Virus record (IMG/VR): IMGVR_UViG_3300035675_000006
DNA length: 20,000 nucleotides
DNA from: an uncultured virus (IMG/VR IMGVR_UViG_3300035675_000006)
Taxonomy: Duplodnaviria; Heunggongvirae; Uroviricota; Caudoviricetes
Direction: 5' to 3' (one strand)
Shown here: positions 1 through 8,699 of the stretch, piece by piece
Layout of the letters: each line of letters opens with the position of its first letter
Position numbering within the stretch: position 1 is the stretch's first letter
The notes under the pieces: generated by a model
The model's database searches: none
What the model was told of the DNA's origin: nothing
What the model saw: only the letters and a program-made list of their open reading frames with translations
Position numbers and translations under genes: made by a program

Positions 1-2
1 AC

Positions 3-263
3 AACCCTGACGTTGCACGCAACAAGCCCAAGCATCTGTCATATCATTTGCAAGATAGATATCTGATACGCAATCCCTGTCCTATATTTATTAGCAATGC
101 GCTATTCACATACAATGACTATGCTGGATTACTTCAATGCAACAGCCAGCCTTGGATGCAGGAGATGCATAATTGCGTCTGCTGCGGTCCGGAAGAATAC
201 TTAGCTAGCGCAGAGCTAATCTTTAACGTAATCCAGGCGCGCAGAAAACTCGTCTCAGAATAG
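3..263 (+). CDS. Cys-rich array paralog (CCGPEEYLASAELIFN), probably 5'-truncated by the window edge
   Basis: The frame is open from base 3. It shares the CCGPxEY motif with 5769..6029 and 6017..6247. Confidence 0.75.
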   Translation, partial: NPDVARNKPKHLSYHLQDRYLIRNPCPIFISNALFTYNDYAGLLQCNSQPWMQEMHNCVCCGPEEYLASAELIFNVIQARRKLVSE

Positions 264-306
264 GCGGCGGCATCTACGTGAGATAAAACATGTCAAAGGA
301 GAAGAG

Positions 307-726
307 ATGAACCAGTTACCCGAGAAGTACATTCCTGATTTTAGTCCGTACGAGACAGTAATGCGTGACGCTTTGAGTGGAGAACCCGTCGGTTGGGGAC
401 ACAAACCATTAAAGCGCTTTGCAGATGATGAATTCAGTGAACTCGGAAAAGTAGGAGAATGGTTCTGCTTGCAAGGCAGCTATGCCAACTTATGGTGCCT
501 GGTCACACGTAAATTGACACTTACTGAAGCGATAGACAAGTATGGTCCTGTAACAGAAGTACACACTGGGCCGAATGGCGGATTTAAAGATGTTACTTTC
601 GGTACAAAGAAGTTCTGCTCCGAGTGGCTGGACCCTCGTCAAACTATGAACGTAGCTGATAATCTGATCCGTGCTGACAAACGCGCTCCGCGGATGCCAG
701 ATCGTAAGTTGTCTCGATTCTACTAA
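307..726 (+). CDS. Hypothetical protein, 139 aa (not an array paralog)
   Basis: ORF track; AAAGGAG SD upstream of the ATG. Confidence 0.8.
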   Translation: MNQLPEKYIPDFSPYETVMRDALSGEPVGWGHKPLKRFADDEFSELGKVGEWFCLQGSYANLWCLVTRKLTLTEAIDKYGPVTEVHTGPNGGFKDVTFGTKKFCSEWLDPRQTMNVADNLIRADKRAPRMPDRKLSRFY

Positions 727-743
727 TCAGAGGAGCCTGTTAC

Positions 744-920
744 ATGCATGAAAAACTGATCCCAGTCCCCTGCTCAGGCTGCGGCAGAATCCTGAGCCTG
801 CCCAAGACGGACAAGAACCCCAAGCCCAGAGGCGTGTGTGAGACTTGTCAGGCCAGGACAATCCGTGTCAGTCCGCGCCCCGAGAAACAAGCCGATGCTC
901 GAACTTCAAATCAGGCGTAG
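744..920 (+). CDS. Small Zn-ribbon protein, 58 aa (CSGC...CETC)
   Basis: Manual translation MHEKLIPVPCSGCGRILSLPKTDKNPKPRGVCETCQART...; GAGGAG SD. Below the ORF-track cutoff. Confidence 0.7.
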   Translation: MHEKLIPVPCSGCGRILSLPKTDKNPKPRGVCETCQARTIRVSPRPEKQADARTSNQA

Positions 921-1194
921 CTTTCGCGTGCTTCGGACAGCCTTTTCATGTCCGCCAAGATATGACTGCAACGTGGTCATACTTCGGTATGATCTCGGGA
1001 TAGTGGACATATGCAAAGAACTCACACGCCAAAATTATTTAGATCAGAAATGCTACGACTGCCCTTACGAGCTGGAAGATCTACCTGAGATCACTGAAGT
1101 GGTCTACAACGAACTGGTCAGGCACCAGTCAGGGACTGGTCCTACTGCAGGAGACAAACATGGCGAAGAACCGAAAACCCAACCCGATTCATGA
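895..1194 (+). CDS. Cys-rich array paralog (CYDCPYELEDLPEITEVVYNE)
   Basis: Family motif. ATG 895 is preferred to GTG 838, which lies inside the upstream gene. Confidence 0.7.
   Translation: MLELQIRRSFRVLRTAFSCPPRYDCNVVILRYDLGIVDICKELTRQNYLDQKCYDCPYELEDLPEITEVVYNELVRHQSGTGPTAGDKHGEEPKTQPDS
1117..1142. promoter_or_regulatory. 11-bp-phased GTCAGG motif, copy A
   Basis: gtcaggcacca gtcagggactg gtcc; near-identical to 9105-9130 and 10967-10992. Confidence 0.5.
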
Positions 1195-1360
1195 CGTCAC
1201 AGGTTGCTGCCGCTGGCCGCAGCAGGAAGAGAAGCTGAGGCGCCAGAGGCAGAAGCCTGAGCAGCAAGTAAAGTTCGTAGACGACTGGAACTCGCGCGAC
1301 GGCTTCATCACGAACCCGCCGGCGGAGACCAAGCCTGAAGAACCCAAATCGGAGAAATAG
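1160..1360 (+). CDS. Hypothetical protein, 66 aa, hydrophilic
   Basis: CAGGAG SD; the stop abuts the next ATG (TAGATG). Confidence 0.7.
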   Translation: MAKNRKPNPIHDVTGCCRWPQQEEKLRRQRQKPEQQVKFVDDWNSRDGFITNPPAETKPEEPKSEK

Positions 1361-1582
1361 ATGCTTATCCCGGTGAACATCCATGGCATCATGTTCCACA
1401 AAGACACCTGTCCAGAAGACTGCCCCATGAAAAACAAGGGCAACTGGACAGGCTGTCTTTACTACAACAAGCTCACGAAACAGACCGTCAGCACGTGCCC
1501 GAAAGTGACTTGGGCTGACAAGACCGAAGCAGCCGAGTTCATCAAGAAGCAGTCGGAAGACAAGTCATGCAATTCGAAATGA
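1361..1582 (+). CDS. Cys-rich array paralog (ADKTEAAEFIKK)
   Basis: CPEDCP plus family motif; GGAG SD. Confidence 0.8.
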   Translation: MLIPVNIHGIMFHKDTCPEDCPMKNKGNWTGCLYYNKLTKQTVSTCPKVTWADKTEAAEFIKKQSEDKSCNSK

Positions 1583-1824
1583 TCAATGAACCGTCTCTCA
1601 CACGCTGTCACCGTGTGGACAATATATGGAAAGAGCCATTGCATTGCTCTTCCATCATAGAGTTGGATAAGCTGACGAACACGGCGCGTGTCTGCACGCA
1701 ATACTTTTACAGGGCACATCGTCCGCAGCCAGCCTACGGCACGTGCTGTGAAGAGCCTGATCTGCTTCAGGCTCTTGAAATGTGCTTTAACCATTTGATG
1801 CAGGAGAACAAACATGGCACGTAA
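1567..1824 (+). CDS. Cys-rich array paralog (CCEEPDLLQALEMCFN)
   Basis: Family motif; coupled overlap. Confidence 0.8.
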   Translation: MQFEMINEPSLTRCHRVDNIWKEPLHCSSIIELDKLTNTARVCTQYFYRAHRPQPAYGTCCEEPDLLQALEMCFNHLMQENKHGT

Positions 1825-2188
1825 ACAATACGGTTGGCCTGCAGTACCCCGTAACAAACGCTGCATGATCCTGGCCAGCTACGATACTTATCCGTACATG
1901 CTGGTCCACCAGGCCATGAAACTGCCTAACGATGAATACAGGTGGGTGTCTGGCTGGCATGCAGGACACCAGAACCTGGGTACTTGGCCTAAAGGCCATT
2001 CGAGTCTGCTGGCTGTGTTGTCCACCAGGGACGGCGAGAGACTGGAAGAAGACCTGAAGCGGCTCACCAACGAACACCGCGCGTTAAAAGATTGCTTGCA
2101 TCTGGCCTACATGCTCAAGCGTGATGCACTCTTGACACATTACCCCGTGCGTCTCCCGCGGGGCGTAGCGGACTTGCACGAGATATGA
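1814..2188 (+). CDS. Hypothetical protein, 124 aa (not an array paralog)
   Basis: CAGGAG SD; ATGA overlap with the next gene. Confidence 0.75.
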   Translation: MARKQYGWPAVPRNKRCMILASYDTYPYMLVHQAMKLPNDEYRWVSGWHAGHQNLGTWPKGHSSLLAVLSTRDGERLEEDLKRLTNEHRALKDCLHLAYMLKRDALLTHYPVRLPRGVADLHEI

Positions 2189-2430
2189 ACAGCGATCTGC
2201 GCATCTGGCTGGGATCACAGGAACTCAGCGAATACACTTCTGTGATCTGCAAGAACAGTTCTGGTGGCACGTGCTTTGTCCTGTACCTTCACCGATGGGG
2301 CACTGCGCCACGTCTGTGCCACAGCATTGAGGAGACCTATACTCAAGCCTGCCACGACTGCCCCATGGTCAGCGCCTTCGAGATGGCCTACACCGAGTTC
2401 ATGCGAAAGAAGAAGACATGTTCCGACTAG
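2185..2430 (+). CDS. Cys-rich array paralog (CHDCPMVSAFEMAYTE)
   Basis: Family motif; ATGA coupling. Confidence 0.8.
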   Translation: MNSDLRIWLGSQELSEYTSVICKNSSGGTCFVLYLHRWGTAPRLCHSIEETYTQACHDCPMVSAFEMAYTEFMRKKKTCSD

Positions 2431-2648
2431 CTCATAGCTTCACCGTATACCCTAATAATCTGAAAATACAGTACTTGAGCTGCTCTTACAAAAACTGCCC
2501 AGGCAAAGAGGACGACAACATGTGTGCTCACTGCATATCGGTGAATCCAAGTATATGCTGTGAGATAGACCAAATGGAACTGGCAGAGTTCCTGTACAAC
2601 TGGATGAAAAGGAGATCAAGAGACCATGAAAGCGTTCACACTCATTGA
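2418..2648 (+). CDS. Cys-rich array paralog (CCEIDQMELAEFLYN)
   Basis: Family motif. Confidence 0.8.
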   Translation: MFRLAHSFTVYPNNLKIQYLSCSYKNCPGKEDDNMCAHCISVNPSICCEIDQMELAEFLYNWMKRRSRDHESVHTH

Positions 2649-2940
2649 AGCTTTGTGCTGCGTAGCTGTTGTTCTCATCCTGGGAGGACTAGCATGGCAA
2701 GCCATTGCTGGACCAGGACAACCCACTGTGCTCAAAGAACAGGCTGTGGGCGCCCCAGGCAGCATCGAAGCGAGCCAGACCCGGACTATTATGAAAGTAT
2801 CGCATTACCAGCTCGAGAAGTTCGTAACAGATATGCCTACTGATGTCAGGTTAGTCCAGGCCATACCTGTGTTCTCAGGAAGCGGCAAGACGCTCGATAT
2901 CAGCCACTACCTGTGCATCACTGAGAAAGTGACCAAGTGA
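2626..2940 (+). CDS. Type IV prepilin-like N-terminal cleavage/methylation domain protein, 104 aa
   Basis: MKA|FTLIEALCCVAVVLILGGLAW has Phe+1, Glu+5 and a hydrophobic helix typical of class III signal peptides; AAGGAG SD. Confidence 0.75.
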   Translation: MKAFTLIEALCCVAVVLILGGLAWQAIAGPGQPTVLKEQAVGAPGSIEASQTRTIMKVSHYQLEKFVTDMPTDVRLVQAIPVFSGSGKTLDISHYLCITEKVTK

Positions 2941-3200
2941 ACAAGCCAGTGTATTGCATATTAGAAGAGAATGACGTAATACTATTACGCGTACACGGCC
3001 ATGACCCTAATGTATGCTCCATGATACAGTTCAACGCTAAAAGACCGGAAGCATATGCATGCTGTGAATATGCTTTCAATCTTCACAAAAGGTGTCATGA
3101 CTGTCCTCACGACATGTGCCACATACCTGAAGCCATAGACTTGTGCTTCAACAAGATGCTTGAGTGCATGAGGAGAGACCTGTGGCTAAATTCAATATAA
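2937..3200 (+). CDS. Cys-rich array paralog (CHDCPHDMCHIPEAIDLCFN)
   Basis: Variant family motif; GTGA overlap. Confidence 0.75.
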   Translation: MNKPVYCILEENDVILLRVHGHDPNVCSMIQFNAKRPEAYACCEYAFNLHKRCHDCPHDMCHIPEAIDLCFNKMLECMRRDLWLNSI

Positions 3201-3460
3201 TCGAAGGCGGTCCAAATAGCGGTGTGTGGGCACATACCAGCGAGAAGCACCTGCATGTCCTGTCAGCCGATGGCACGTGTGGAATACTGTTTCACTCGGT
3301 GGCCCTGGACGAATGCGTGATCTGCGACCTGTTCACAAATCCCATGCATCCCGCCTGGGTGCGATGCCATGACTGCAACACTGTCCCTGAAGACCTGATA
3401 CCCATCATTGAGATGCTCAAGAACTACGCGGAGGGCAATCATGTACCTGCGCAGAAATGA
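3182..3460 (+). CDS. Cys-rich array paralog (CHDCNTVPEDLIPIIEMLKN)
   Basis: Family motif; GTG 3182 follows GAGGAG. Confidence 0.75.
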   Translation: MAKFNIIEGGPNSGVWAHTSEKHLHVLSADGTCGILFHSVALDECVICDLFTNPMHPAWVRCHDCNTVPEDLIPIIEMLKNYAEGNHVPAQK

Positions 3461-3677
3461 ACGTGGCGGATTAAGTCTTCGATGCAGGTCTTGTAGCTAT
3501 CAAGGCTTCGTATGCATGGAGTACGACGATCGCGTGTTTCCCGGAGACATATTCGTGTGCGGTCGTGCCGACGGTTACTGGACTGATGGCGTCCCTGAAT
3601 GCGAGTACATAGATCTGCTCATGTCAGCTGAGATACTCATGAACTGGAGGGTGCATGTTAAAACTGACAGTCGTTAA
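3441..3677 (+). CDS. Cys-rich array paralog (CEYIDLLMSAEILMN)
   Basis: Family motif; ATG 3441 follows GGAGG. Confidence 0.8.
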   Translation: MYLRRNERGGLSLRCRSCSYQGFVCMEYDDRVFPGDIFVCGRADGYWTDGVPECEYIDLLMSAEILMNWRVHVKTDSR

Positions 3678-3897
3678 ACCATATATCTACGGAGACAGCG
3701 TAAACATGCTACGAGTTGATTCACACCACTGCGCTGGAACATGTTTCTGCACATATGCTGATAAAGATTTACGCCCTTACGTGTGCCATAATGGCACTGT
3801 AGGAAGCATGAGTGAGATAACAGACCTGTGCCATGATATAGACTGGATCGAGCTGTCCGAGCTTCTCAGAAACTGGAGGAAGCATGCTGGTAGCTAG
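3655..3897 (+). CDS. Cys-rich array paralog (CHDIDWIELSELLRN)
   Basis: Family motif; GGAGG SD. Confidence 0.8.
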   Translation: MLKLTVVKPYIYGDSVNMLRVDSHHCAGTCFCTYADKDLRPYVCHNGTVGSMSEITDLCHDIDWIELSELLRNWRKHAGS

Positions 3898-4117
3898 GGC
3901 CACGGTTGACACGCTCATGATCTATCAGGACACATGTCAAACAGCCGCTTGCTTCTTCACAGATTGCCGGCCCATGGGCGCTTGCCATTACTATACTGTC
4001 CTGTGCGGCCTGGTGTCCACTTGCAAGCATTACAAGACACAGGACTACATACAGCTGGCAGAACTACTGAGAAACTCAGGAGGGCGTCAATGTACGAGTT
4101 CCGCCATCAGAGAATGA
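3884..4117 (+). CDS. Cys-rich array paralog (QDYIQLAELLRN)
   Basis: Family motif; GGAGG SD. Confidence 0.8.
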   Translation: MLVARATVDTLMIYQDTCQTAACFFTDCRPMGACHYYTVLCGLVSTCKHYKTQDYIQLAELLRNSGGRQCTSSAIRE

Positions 4118-4302
4118 GTAGCGCCACCCTGTTCACTCGCAAGGGCTGCGGCCTGTCATGCGTGTATCGCGTGAAATACAAACAGGACATAACGCGCTGC
4201 TGTTTACACATAGACTACTGCAAGTCAATTGACCTGATAGATCTGGCCGAGTTCATAGTCAACTGGACTGACAGGAGGCAACATGCTGGGAATCAGACAT
4301 AA
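4090..4302 (+). CDS. Cys-rich array paralog (CKSIDLIDLAEFIVN)
   Basis: Family motif; ATG 4090 follows CAGGAGG (internal start of track ORF 3934). Confidence 0.8.
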   Translation: MYEFRHQRMSSATLFTRKGCGLSCVYRVKYKQDITRCCLHIDYCKSIDLIDLAEFIVNWTDRRQHAGNQT

Positions 4303-4537
4303 CACTGATTATGGCAACACAGAGCTTTACTCCGAAACGCGAAACATCGAAACCAACACGCTGGGCTGGACGCAATGTTCCGGGGTATGCATGGCTAGAT
4401 ACCCTCCAAGACCAAGCCTGGAAGTGAATTACCCGATCAGCACTTTTGGAATGTGTGAGCTGTTCACGTTCTGTCACCGTGACGAACTGGTCACTCTTTG
4501 TGAAAGGCTCAAGAATGCGCTACGTACTCAAGAGTGA
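4283..4537 (+). CDS. Cys-rich array paralog (CHRDELVTLCERLKN)
   Basis: Variant family motif; CAGGAGG SD. Confidence 0.75.
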   Translation: MLGIRHNTDYGNTELYSETRNIETNTLGWTQCSGVCMARYPPRPSLEVNYPISTFGMCELFTFCHRDELVTLCERLKNALRTQE

Positions 4538-4742
4538 CGGGATAGGGCCATTCATGAGACAGAAGTCTTGCGATGGCATATGCCTGACTCTGATGCGTGT
4601 GCCTGCGAATGATAGCGAAGAACCAATCACCATGTACAGACATTGCCATCTTATGTCCGATTGCACGCGCGTAAACATGATAGACCTAGCCGAGTCTCTG
4701 TACTGCCAAATCAGGAGCAAGCCATGCACACCTTCGATGTGA
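4515..4742 (+). CDS. Cys-rich array paralog (CTRVNMIDLAESLYCQIRSK)
   Basis: Family motif; ATG 4515 chosen. Confidence 0.75.
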   Translation: MRYVLKSDGIGPFMRQKSCDGICLTLMRVPANDSEEPITMYRHCHLMSDCTRVNMIDLAESLYCQIRSKPCTPSM

Positions 4743-4984
4743 ACCATAAGGCGCCATACCTGCAGATCGCATGGCGCTCATGTCCCCGCGATTGCCCTGG
4801 GAAGAGCCGTGACTCTTACACGCACCCGACATACAGCTGTGTGTTCCCTGTGATATCGGAACAACAGCAGGCTCAGACATGCTACACATTTCGTTGCGAG
4901 CCTGAGAGCCTGATAGACCTGGCGGAGTTCCTGAAGCAGAGAGTCTCTAACACAGGAGAAAACACGTGTGACTCATGTGAGTGA
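4724..4984 (+). CDS. Cys-rich array paralog (CEPESLIDLAEFLKQ)
   Basis: Family motif; ATG 4724 follows CAGGAG. Confidence 0.8.
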   Translation: MHTFDVNHKAPYLQIAWRSCPRDCPGKSRDSYTHPTYSCVFPVISEQQQAQTCYTFRCEPESLIDLAEFLKQRVSNTGENTCDSCE

Positions 4985-5213
4985 CGTAACCATATCACAT
5001 CTCAAGTGCTCTGCCATATATGCTCACAATAACAACTGCCCGTACAAGAGAACTTCCATCAGCTTGTACCACAATTACAATCGCGCGCTTACATGCCTGC
5101 ATTTCGACGAACTGAATATATGCCCTGGCTGCGACATGACTCTGGCCATAGAGCTTGTCTTCACAGAGCTCATGCTGGCCAAGCGTCTTAACCAATGGAA
5201 ACCAGTGTGCTGA
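4968..5213 (+). CDS. Cys-rich array paralog (ICPGCDMTLAIELVFTELM)
   Basis: Family motif; close to 6741..7019. Confidence 0.75.
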   Translation: MTHVSDVTISHLKCSAIYAHNNNCPYKRTSISLYHNYNRALTCLHFDELNICPGCDMTLAIELVFTELMLAKRLNQWKPVC

Positions 5214-5234
5214 CACAAGGAGAACCGAGAAACT

Positions 5235-5501
5235 GTGAAGGTAGCATGGTGTGAATCGTCGGGCTGTGTGCTGATAAGGTATATCGACGGCTATGCCGTT
5301 CGTGGCCCTGACATGTGCACTGTCTTGTCATACTCTCTGTGCTGGGAGCTCGAGGATTGCTGCATAACACGTGTACTCAGGTTCTATGGCAAGCCGTGCA
5401 ATGGCTGTTCTCTTAACATACCCTACGGTGTGGTTCCTGCATTCGAGATAGCTTTCAACAGGGCCATACAGGACTTTCAGCATGGCGTTCTCAGGAGCTA
5501 G
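5235..5501 (+). CDS. Cys-rich array paralog (CNGC...VVPAFEIAFN)
   Basis: Variant family motif; AAGGAG SD. Confidence 0.7.
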   Translation: MKVAWCESSGCVLIRYIDGYAVRGPDMCTVLSYSLCWELEDCCITRVLRFYGKPCNGCSLNIPYGVVPAFEIAFNRAIQDFQHGVLRS

Positions 5502-5503
5502 CC

Positions 5504-5776
5504 ATGAAGCATGAGATCTACGAGTTCACCGTGGACGGCAATCTTTGCGGAGTGAGGCGACGCGATAACACCTGTTTCATAGTCAACTGCCGCACCCGCT
5601 TAGGTGCAGTACAGATCTGTCCATATTACGAGTTTATACATGGCCGTTGCTGGCTGTCAGACAACGCTGAGAAAAGGTTTCATTGCAACAACGAGGACTT
5701 CGTAGCTATCGCAGAGATGCTTTACAACGGTTTGCTGAGCATCCCGAAGAAGAAGCGGAGAAGCAAGCGTGTATAA
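5504..5776 (+). CDS. Cys-rich array paralog (CNNEDFVAIAEMLYN)
   Basis: Family motif; CAGGAG SD. Confidence 0.8.
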   Translation: MKHEIYEFTVDGNLCGVRRRDNTCFIVNCRTRLGAVQICPYYEFIHGRCWLSDNAEKRFHCNNEDFVAIAEMLYNGLLSIPKKKRRSKRV

Positions 5777-6029
5777 GCAGCGACCCATGGAGCTCGTGCA
5801 CGCTTACGGGGCGCTATACCTAACTGTCATAGATTGCCCTGCACATACCGACAGCGACGGCAATACCTATCAGGTGCCGGGAGACCTGTTCTCTTTTTAC
5901 TCGCACGTGAGAACCAACGCGTTCCAGATATGTCCACACACCTGCTGTGGACCGCAGGAGTACATCCAGGCAGCCGAGCTGATTTACAATGAGGCGTTCA
6001 ATCCCGGGAGAACCAAATGCATAAGCTGA
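5769..6029 (+). CDS. Cys-rich array paralog (CCGPQEYIQAAELIYN)
   Basis: Family motif, CCGP subfamily. Confidence 0.8.
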   Translation: MYKQRPMELVHAYGALYLTVIDCPAHTDSDGNTYQVPGDLFSFYSHVRTNAFQICPHTCCGPQEYIQAAELIYNEAFNPGRTKCIS

Positions 6030-6247
6030 CGCTGCATGTCCACAATGAATACGTCGGCGTGTACGTCAGGGATTGCCACCGGGGCCCGGCTAACAGGATG
6101 CTGGCGGGCTGCTACTTGTTTCCTGATCACTTCGAGCCCATGTTTGAACGGTGCATTTACGAGTGCTGTGGCCCTGAAGAATACATACTTGCTGCCGAGA
6201 TGGTGTACACGCATTTTCACGAACCCGAGAAGAGAAAGCGAGGTTAA
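6017..6247 (+). CDS. Cys-rich array paralog (CCGPEEYILAAEMVYT)
   Basis: Family motif, CCGP subfamily; GGGAG SD. Confidence 0.8.
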   Translation: MHKLTLHVHNEYVGVYVRDCHRGPANRMLAGCYLFPDHFEPMFERCIYECCGPEEYILAAEMVYTHFHEPEKRKRG

Positions 6248-6249
6248 AC

Positions 6250-6462
6250 ATGGGGTACATGAAGACCTACGGCAAGATCAAGTGCGGCTTCTGTTACGAA
6301 CTAATGAAAGTTGAGCACACTTGCACGGAAACATACAAGTGCACTGCAGGCAAATGTCCCAACTGCAAGGCTACTTTTTACTCGCAGACTAATTTCCCCA
6401 GCAGGTTCAAGGGCCACAGGATAGGTCCTGCGCCCAAACCCAAACCAAGAAAGAGAGTCTGA
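6250..6462 (+). CDS. Small basic Zn-ribbon protein (CGFC...CPNC)
   Basis: Two CxxC pairs; GAGGT SD; Lys-rich tail. Confidence 0.7.
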   Translation: MGYMKTYGKIKCGFCYELMKVEHTCTETYKCTAGKCPNCKATFYSQTNFPSRFKGHRIGPAPKPKPRKRV

Positions 6463-6464
6463 CC

Positions 6465-6740
6465 ATGCCGCCCAAGAAAAAGACCAAGAAAGTCACGGAG
6501 TTTTACGGGCTGTACGACAAAAGCGCGGGAGAACTACAAGGCGGGCTCTACAAGACCGTCGCCGAGGCTGTCTCTGAAGCCGAAGACATATTCCAGGAAG
6601 CCGAAGAGAACGGCGAAGACGTCAAAGACAACTACACGAATTTCTACGTGGTCAAGATCACTCCCGTGGGCTACCTGGAACCTGAGATCACCAAGACAGT
6701 GGACGCGATACTGCACACGGACGAGAAGGACATGGGTTAG
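6465..6740 (+). CDS. Acidic Cys-free hypothetical protein, 91 aa
   Basis: Clean ORF filling the gap; TAGATG junction with the next gene. Confidence 0.75.
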   Translation: MPPKKKTKKVTEFYGLYDKSAGELQGGLYKTVAEAVSEAEDIFQEAEENGEDVKDNYTNFYVVKITPVGYLEPEITKTVDAILHTDEKDMG

Positions 6741-7019
6741 ATGATCAAACTGTCAGTGATACCTAACCGTGAGCTGATAAGCGTCAAGGACAACAAGAAG
6801 AGCATGACGCAACAGACCGCTCTGGTCCTGTATAACACTGAATGCAAGCGAACCAACGGGCCCATCTCGCTGTATATGAAAAGCAAGTATGTCTGGGTCT
6901 GTTTCCCGTTCGATTCGCAAGGAGAAATATGCCCCGGCTGCGACATGGTCCTCGCGACTGAGATGCTTTTCACGGAACTCATGAATATCAAACATGCGGG
7001 AGAATGCACTGATGCCTGA
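6741..7019 (+). CDS. Cys-rich array paralog (ICPGCDMVLATEMLFTELM)
   Basis: Family motif; close to 4968..5213. Confidence 0.8.
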   Translation: MIKLSVIPNRELISVKDNKKSMTQQTALVLYNTECKRTNGPISLYMKSKYVWVCFPFDSQGEICPGCDMVLATEMLFTELMNIKHAGECTDA

Positions 7020-7290
7020 CACAGAAAGTGATTACGTGTTCTTCTACGAACCAGGCCAGTACCGGTTCGGCGTCAGACAGAAGGCCGCGGCCTGCAGCAT
7101 AGCGATCTATCATTACGGCAACGCACGCGTGGACATCTGCTCTTTCTACAATCACGAGATCGGAAAGTGCCGGGTTTGCGGGACTACTCTCTTGCGCGAT
7201 CAGCCAGGGTGCCGTGACATAGACTTCCTGCAGGTCCTGGAGCTCATGTACAACAAAGTCATGGACACTGTCGAGAAACAGGAGGTGTGA
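7012..7290 (+). CDS. Cys-rich array paralog (CRDIDFLQVLELMYN)
   Basis: Family motif; ATG 7012 follows GGGAG. Confidence 0.8.
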   Translation: MPDTESDYVFFYEPGQYRFGVRQKAAACSIAIYHYGNARVDICSFYNHEIGKCRVCGTTLLRDQPGCRDIDFLQVLELMYNKVMDTVEKQEV

Positions 7291-7293
7291 GCC

Positions 7294-7569
7294 GTGTCCG
7301 TAAGCAAACATTGTGGCCTGTATCTGTTCAAACGCCAAAGTGAGATACGCATCCAGGCAAACAAGTACGTAGGCTGCTGGACACTCTGGTACGATCGCCT
7401 GGGGCGCCCGTCAGAGCACCAGATCTGCTGCAGCGCCATTGGCCTGGGCAACTGCAGGGACTGCCCGTACACGGCTCAGGACGTCATGACTGCTCTGGAA
7501 GTTTTCTACACGGAGATACTCAGGAGGCCCGACCATGCAGAAGCTTCTGCTGGCATACGAGAAGAATAA
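7294..7569 (+). CDS. Cys-rich array paralog (CRDCPYTAQDVMTALEVFYTE)
   Basis: Family motif; AGGAGG SD. Confidence 0.8.
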   Translation: MSVSKHCGLYLFKRQSEIRIQANKYVGCWTLWYDRLGRPSEHQICCSAIGLGNCRDCPYTAQDVMTALEVFYTEILRRPDHAEASAGIREE

Positions 7570-7774
7570 CAAGCTTGTGACTATCACGGTGCAAGGATGC
7601 AAACTTCTGGTGTACTATCCTGGATGCTTCAAGCAATACTCTTACGGGATCACCACGTGCTGCAGGTCAGCGCTCGGAGCTCCCGACGCTGACTTCTGCA
7701 GGCGCTGCGAGCCTGCCGATCTGGTCCAGGCTCTCGAGATGTTTTACACGCACATGCGAGGACAGCCATGCTGA
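7535..7774 (+). CDS. Cys-rich array paralog (CRRCEPADLVQALEMFYT)
   Basis: Family motif; CAGGAGG SD. Confidence 0.8.
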   Translation: MQKLLLAYEKNNKLVTITVQGCKLLVYYPGCFKQYSYGITTCCRSALGAPDADFCRRCEPADLVQALEMFYTHMRGQPC

Positions 7775-8064
7775 GATCCATGAGGTTCGTAGTGACCGAC
7801 ATGCGCATAAACTTCTATAACAGCCACGACTGTCTCACATGCACGTGCCGCAGGTTCGAGCCCGACGCGGGCCAGTGGCGCTTCTGCGCGCTCATAAATA
7901 TGAACAGCTCTCTGTGCAGCCATCCGGAATACACATGCACAGGCCTGGACCTGATTGAAGTATGCGAGCTGCTCTTCGATGGCCTGCGCACGGGACAGAT
8001 ACCTTACGTGTATACGCGCCAGGACCTGGTAGCACAGATCAGGAGCGTGACATGTTCACCATAG
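7768..8064 (+). CDS. Cys-rich array paralog (CTGLDLIEVCELLFD)
   Basis: Family motif; GAGGA SD. Confidence 0.78.
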   Translation: MLRSMRFVVTDMRINFYNSHDCLTCTCRRFEPDAGQWRFCALINMNSSLCSHPEYTCTGLDLIEVCELLFDGLRTGQIPYVYTRQDLVAQIRSVTCSP

Positions 8065-8273
8065 TCACGCGTAACAGGCACTTCGGCGTGCTATATAATA
8101 AGTGCCCATTGCCATGCGCGGCCAAGCCCGACGACAGGCTCATACCTTGCGTGTGCACTATGGCCCACTACCGCATAGCCGTATGTCACAGGATACCTCG
8201 TGAAGACTACATAGCTCTGACCGAGTTCTTCATGGAATACCTCAGGAGCAAGTCATGCGAAAAGTCCAGATAA
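8052..8273 (+). CDS. Cys-rich array paralog (EDYIALTEFFME)
   Basis: Family motif; ATG 8052 follows CAGGAG; full-length similarity to 8910..9146. Confidence 0.8.
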   Translation: MFTIVTRNRHFGVLYNKCPLPCAAKPDDRLIPCVCTMAHYRIAVCHRIPREDYIALTEFFMEYLRSKSCEKSR

Positions 8274-8467
8274 GGCTCGGAGTGTACGAAGTGTTCAGTT
8301 TTAGAGCGCCAATGTTCTGTCTCAAGCATCCGCACTGCATAGGAACGTGCCTGGTCGATGACAGGCTGTTCGGTCTCAACACATGCAGGCAAATAACCCA
8401 GTGCTCTCGCAAGGGCCTGGACCTGGTCGAGCTCGCCGAGTACATGCGCAACTATACAGGGAGATAA
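8255..8467 (+). CDS. Cys-rich array paralog (GLDLVELAEYMRN)
   Basis: Family motif; CAGGAG SD. Confidence 0.8.
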   Translation: MRKVQIRLGVYEVFSFRAPMFCLKHPHCIGTCLVDDRLFGLNTCRQITQCSRKGLDLVELAEYMRNYTGR

Positions 8468-8468
8468 C

Positions 8469-8699
8469 ATGGTACTTGAAATGCGCCGGACTCTGGACAC
8501 CGAGCGACTGATGCTTCACACGCCACGCTGTCCGTATGTGTGCATGTCTACGAACAAAGACGGACCGTGCAACCTGTTCGCCCTGTGCGTTTACACGTCA
8601 CCGTGCCTTCTTGAGATAGCCGAGTACATAGCCAATCATGATTACTACGGTTTGGACTGGCCCGAGAATAGGAAAGGAACAAGCTGTGAGCCCAAGTGA
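8469..8699 (+). CDS. Cys-rich array paralog (CLLEIAEYIAN)
   Basis: Family motif; GGGAG SD. Confidence 0.8.
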   Translation: MVLEMRRTLDTERLMLHTPRCPYVCMSTNKDGPCNLFALCVYTSPCLLEIAEYIANHDYYGLDWPENRKGTSCEPK

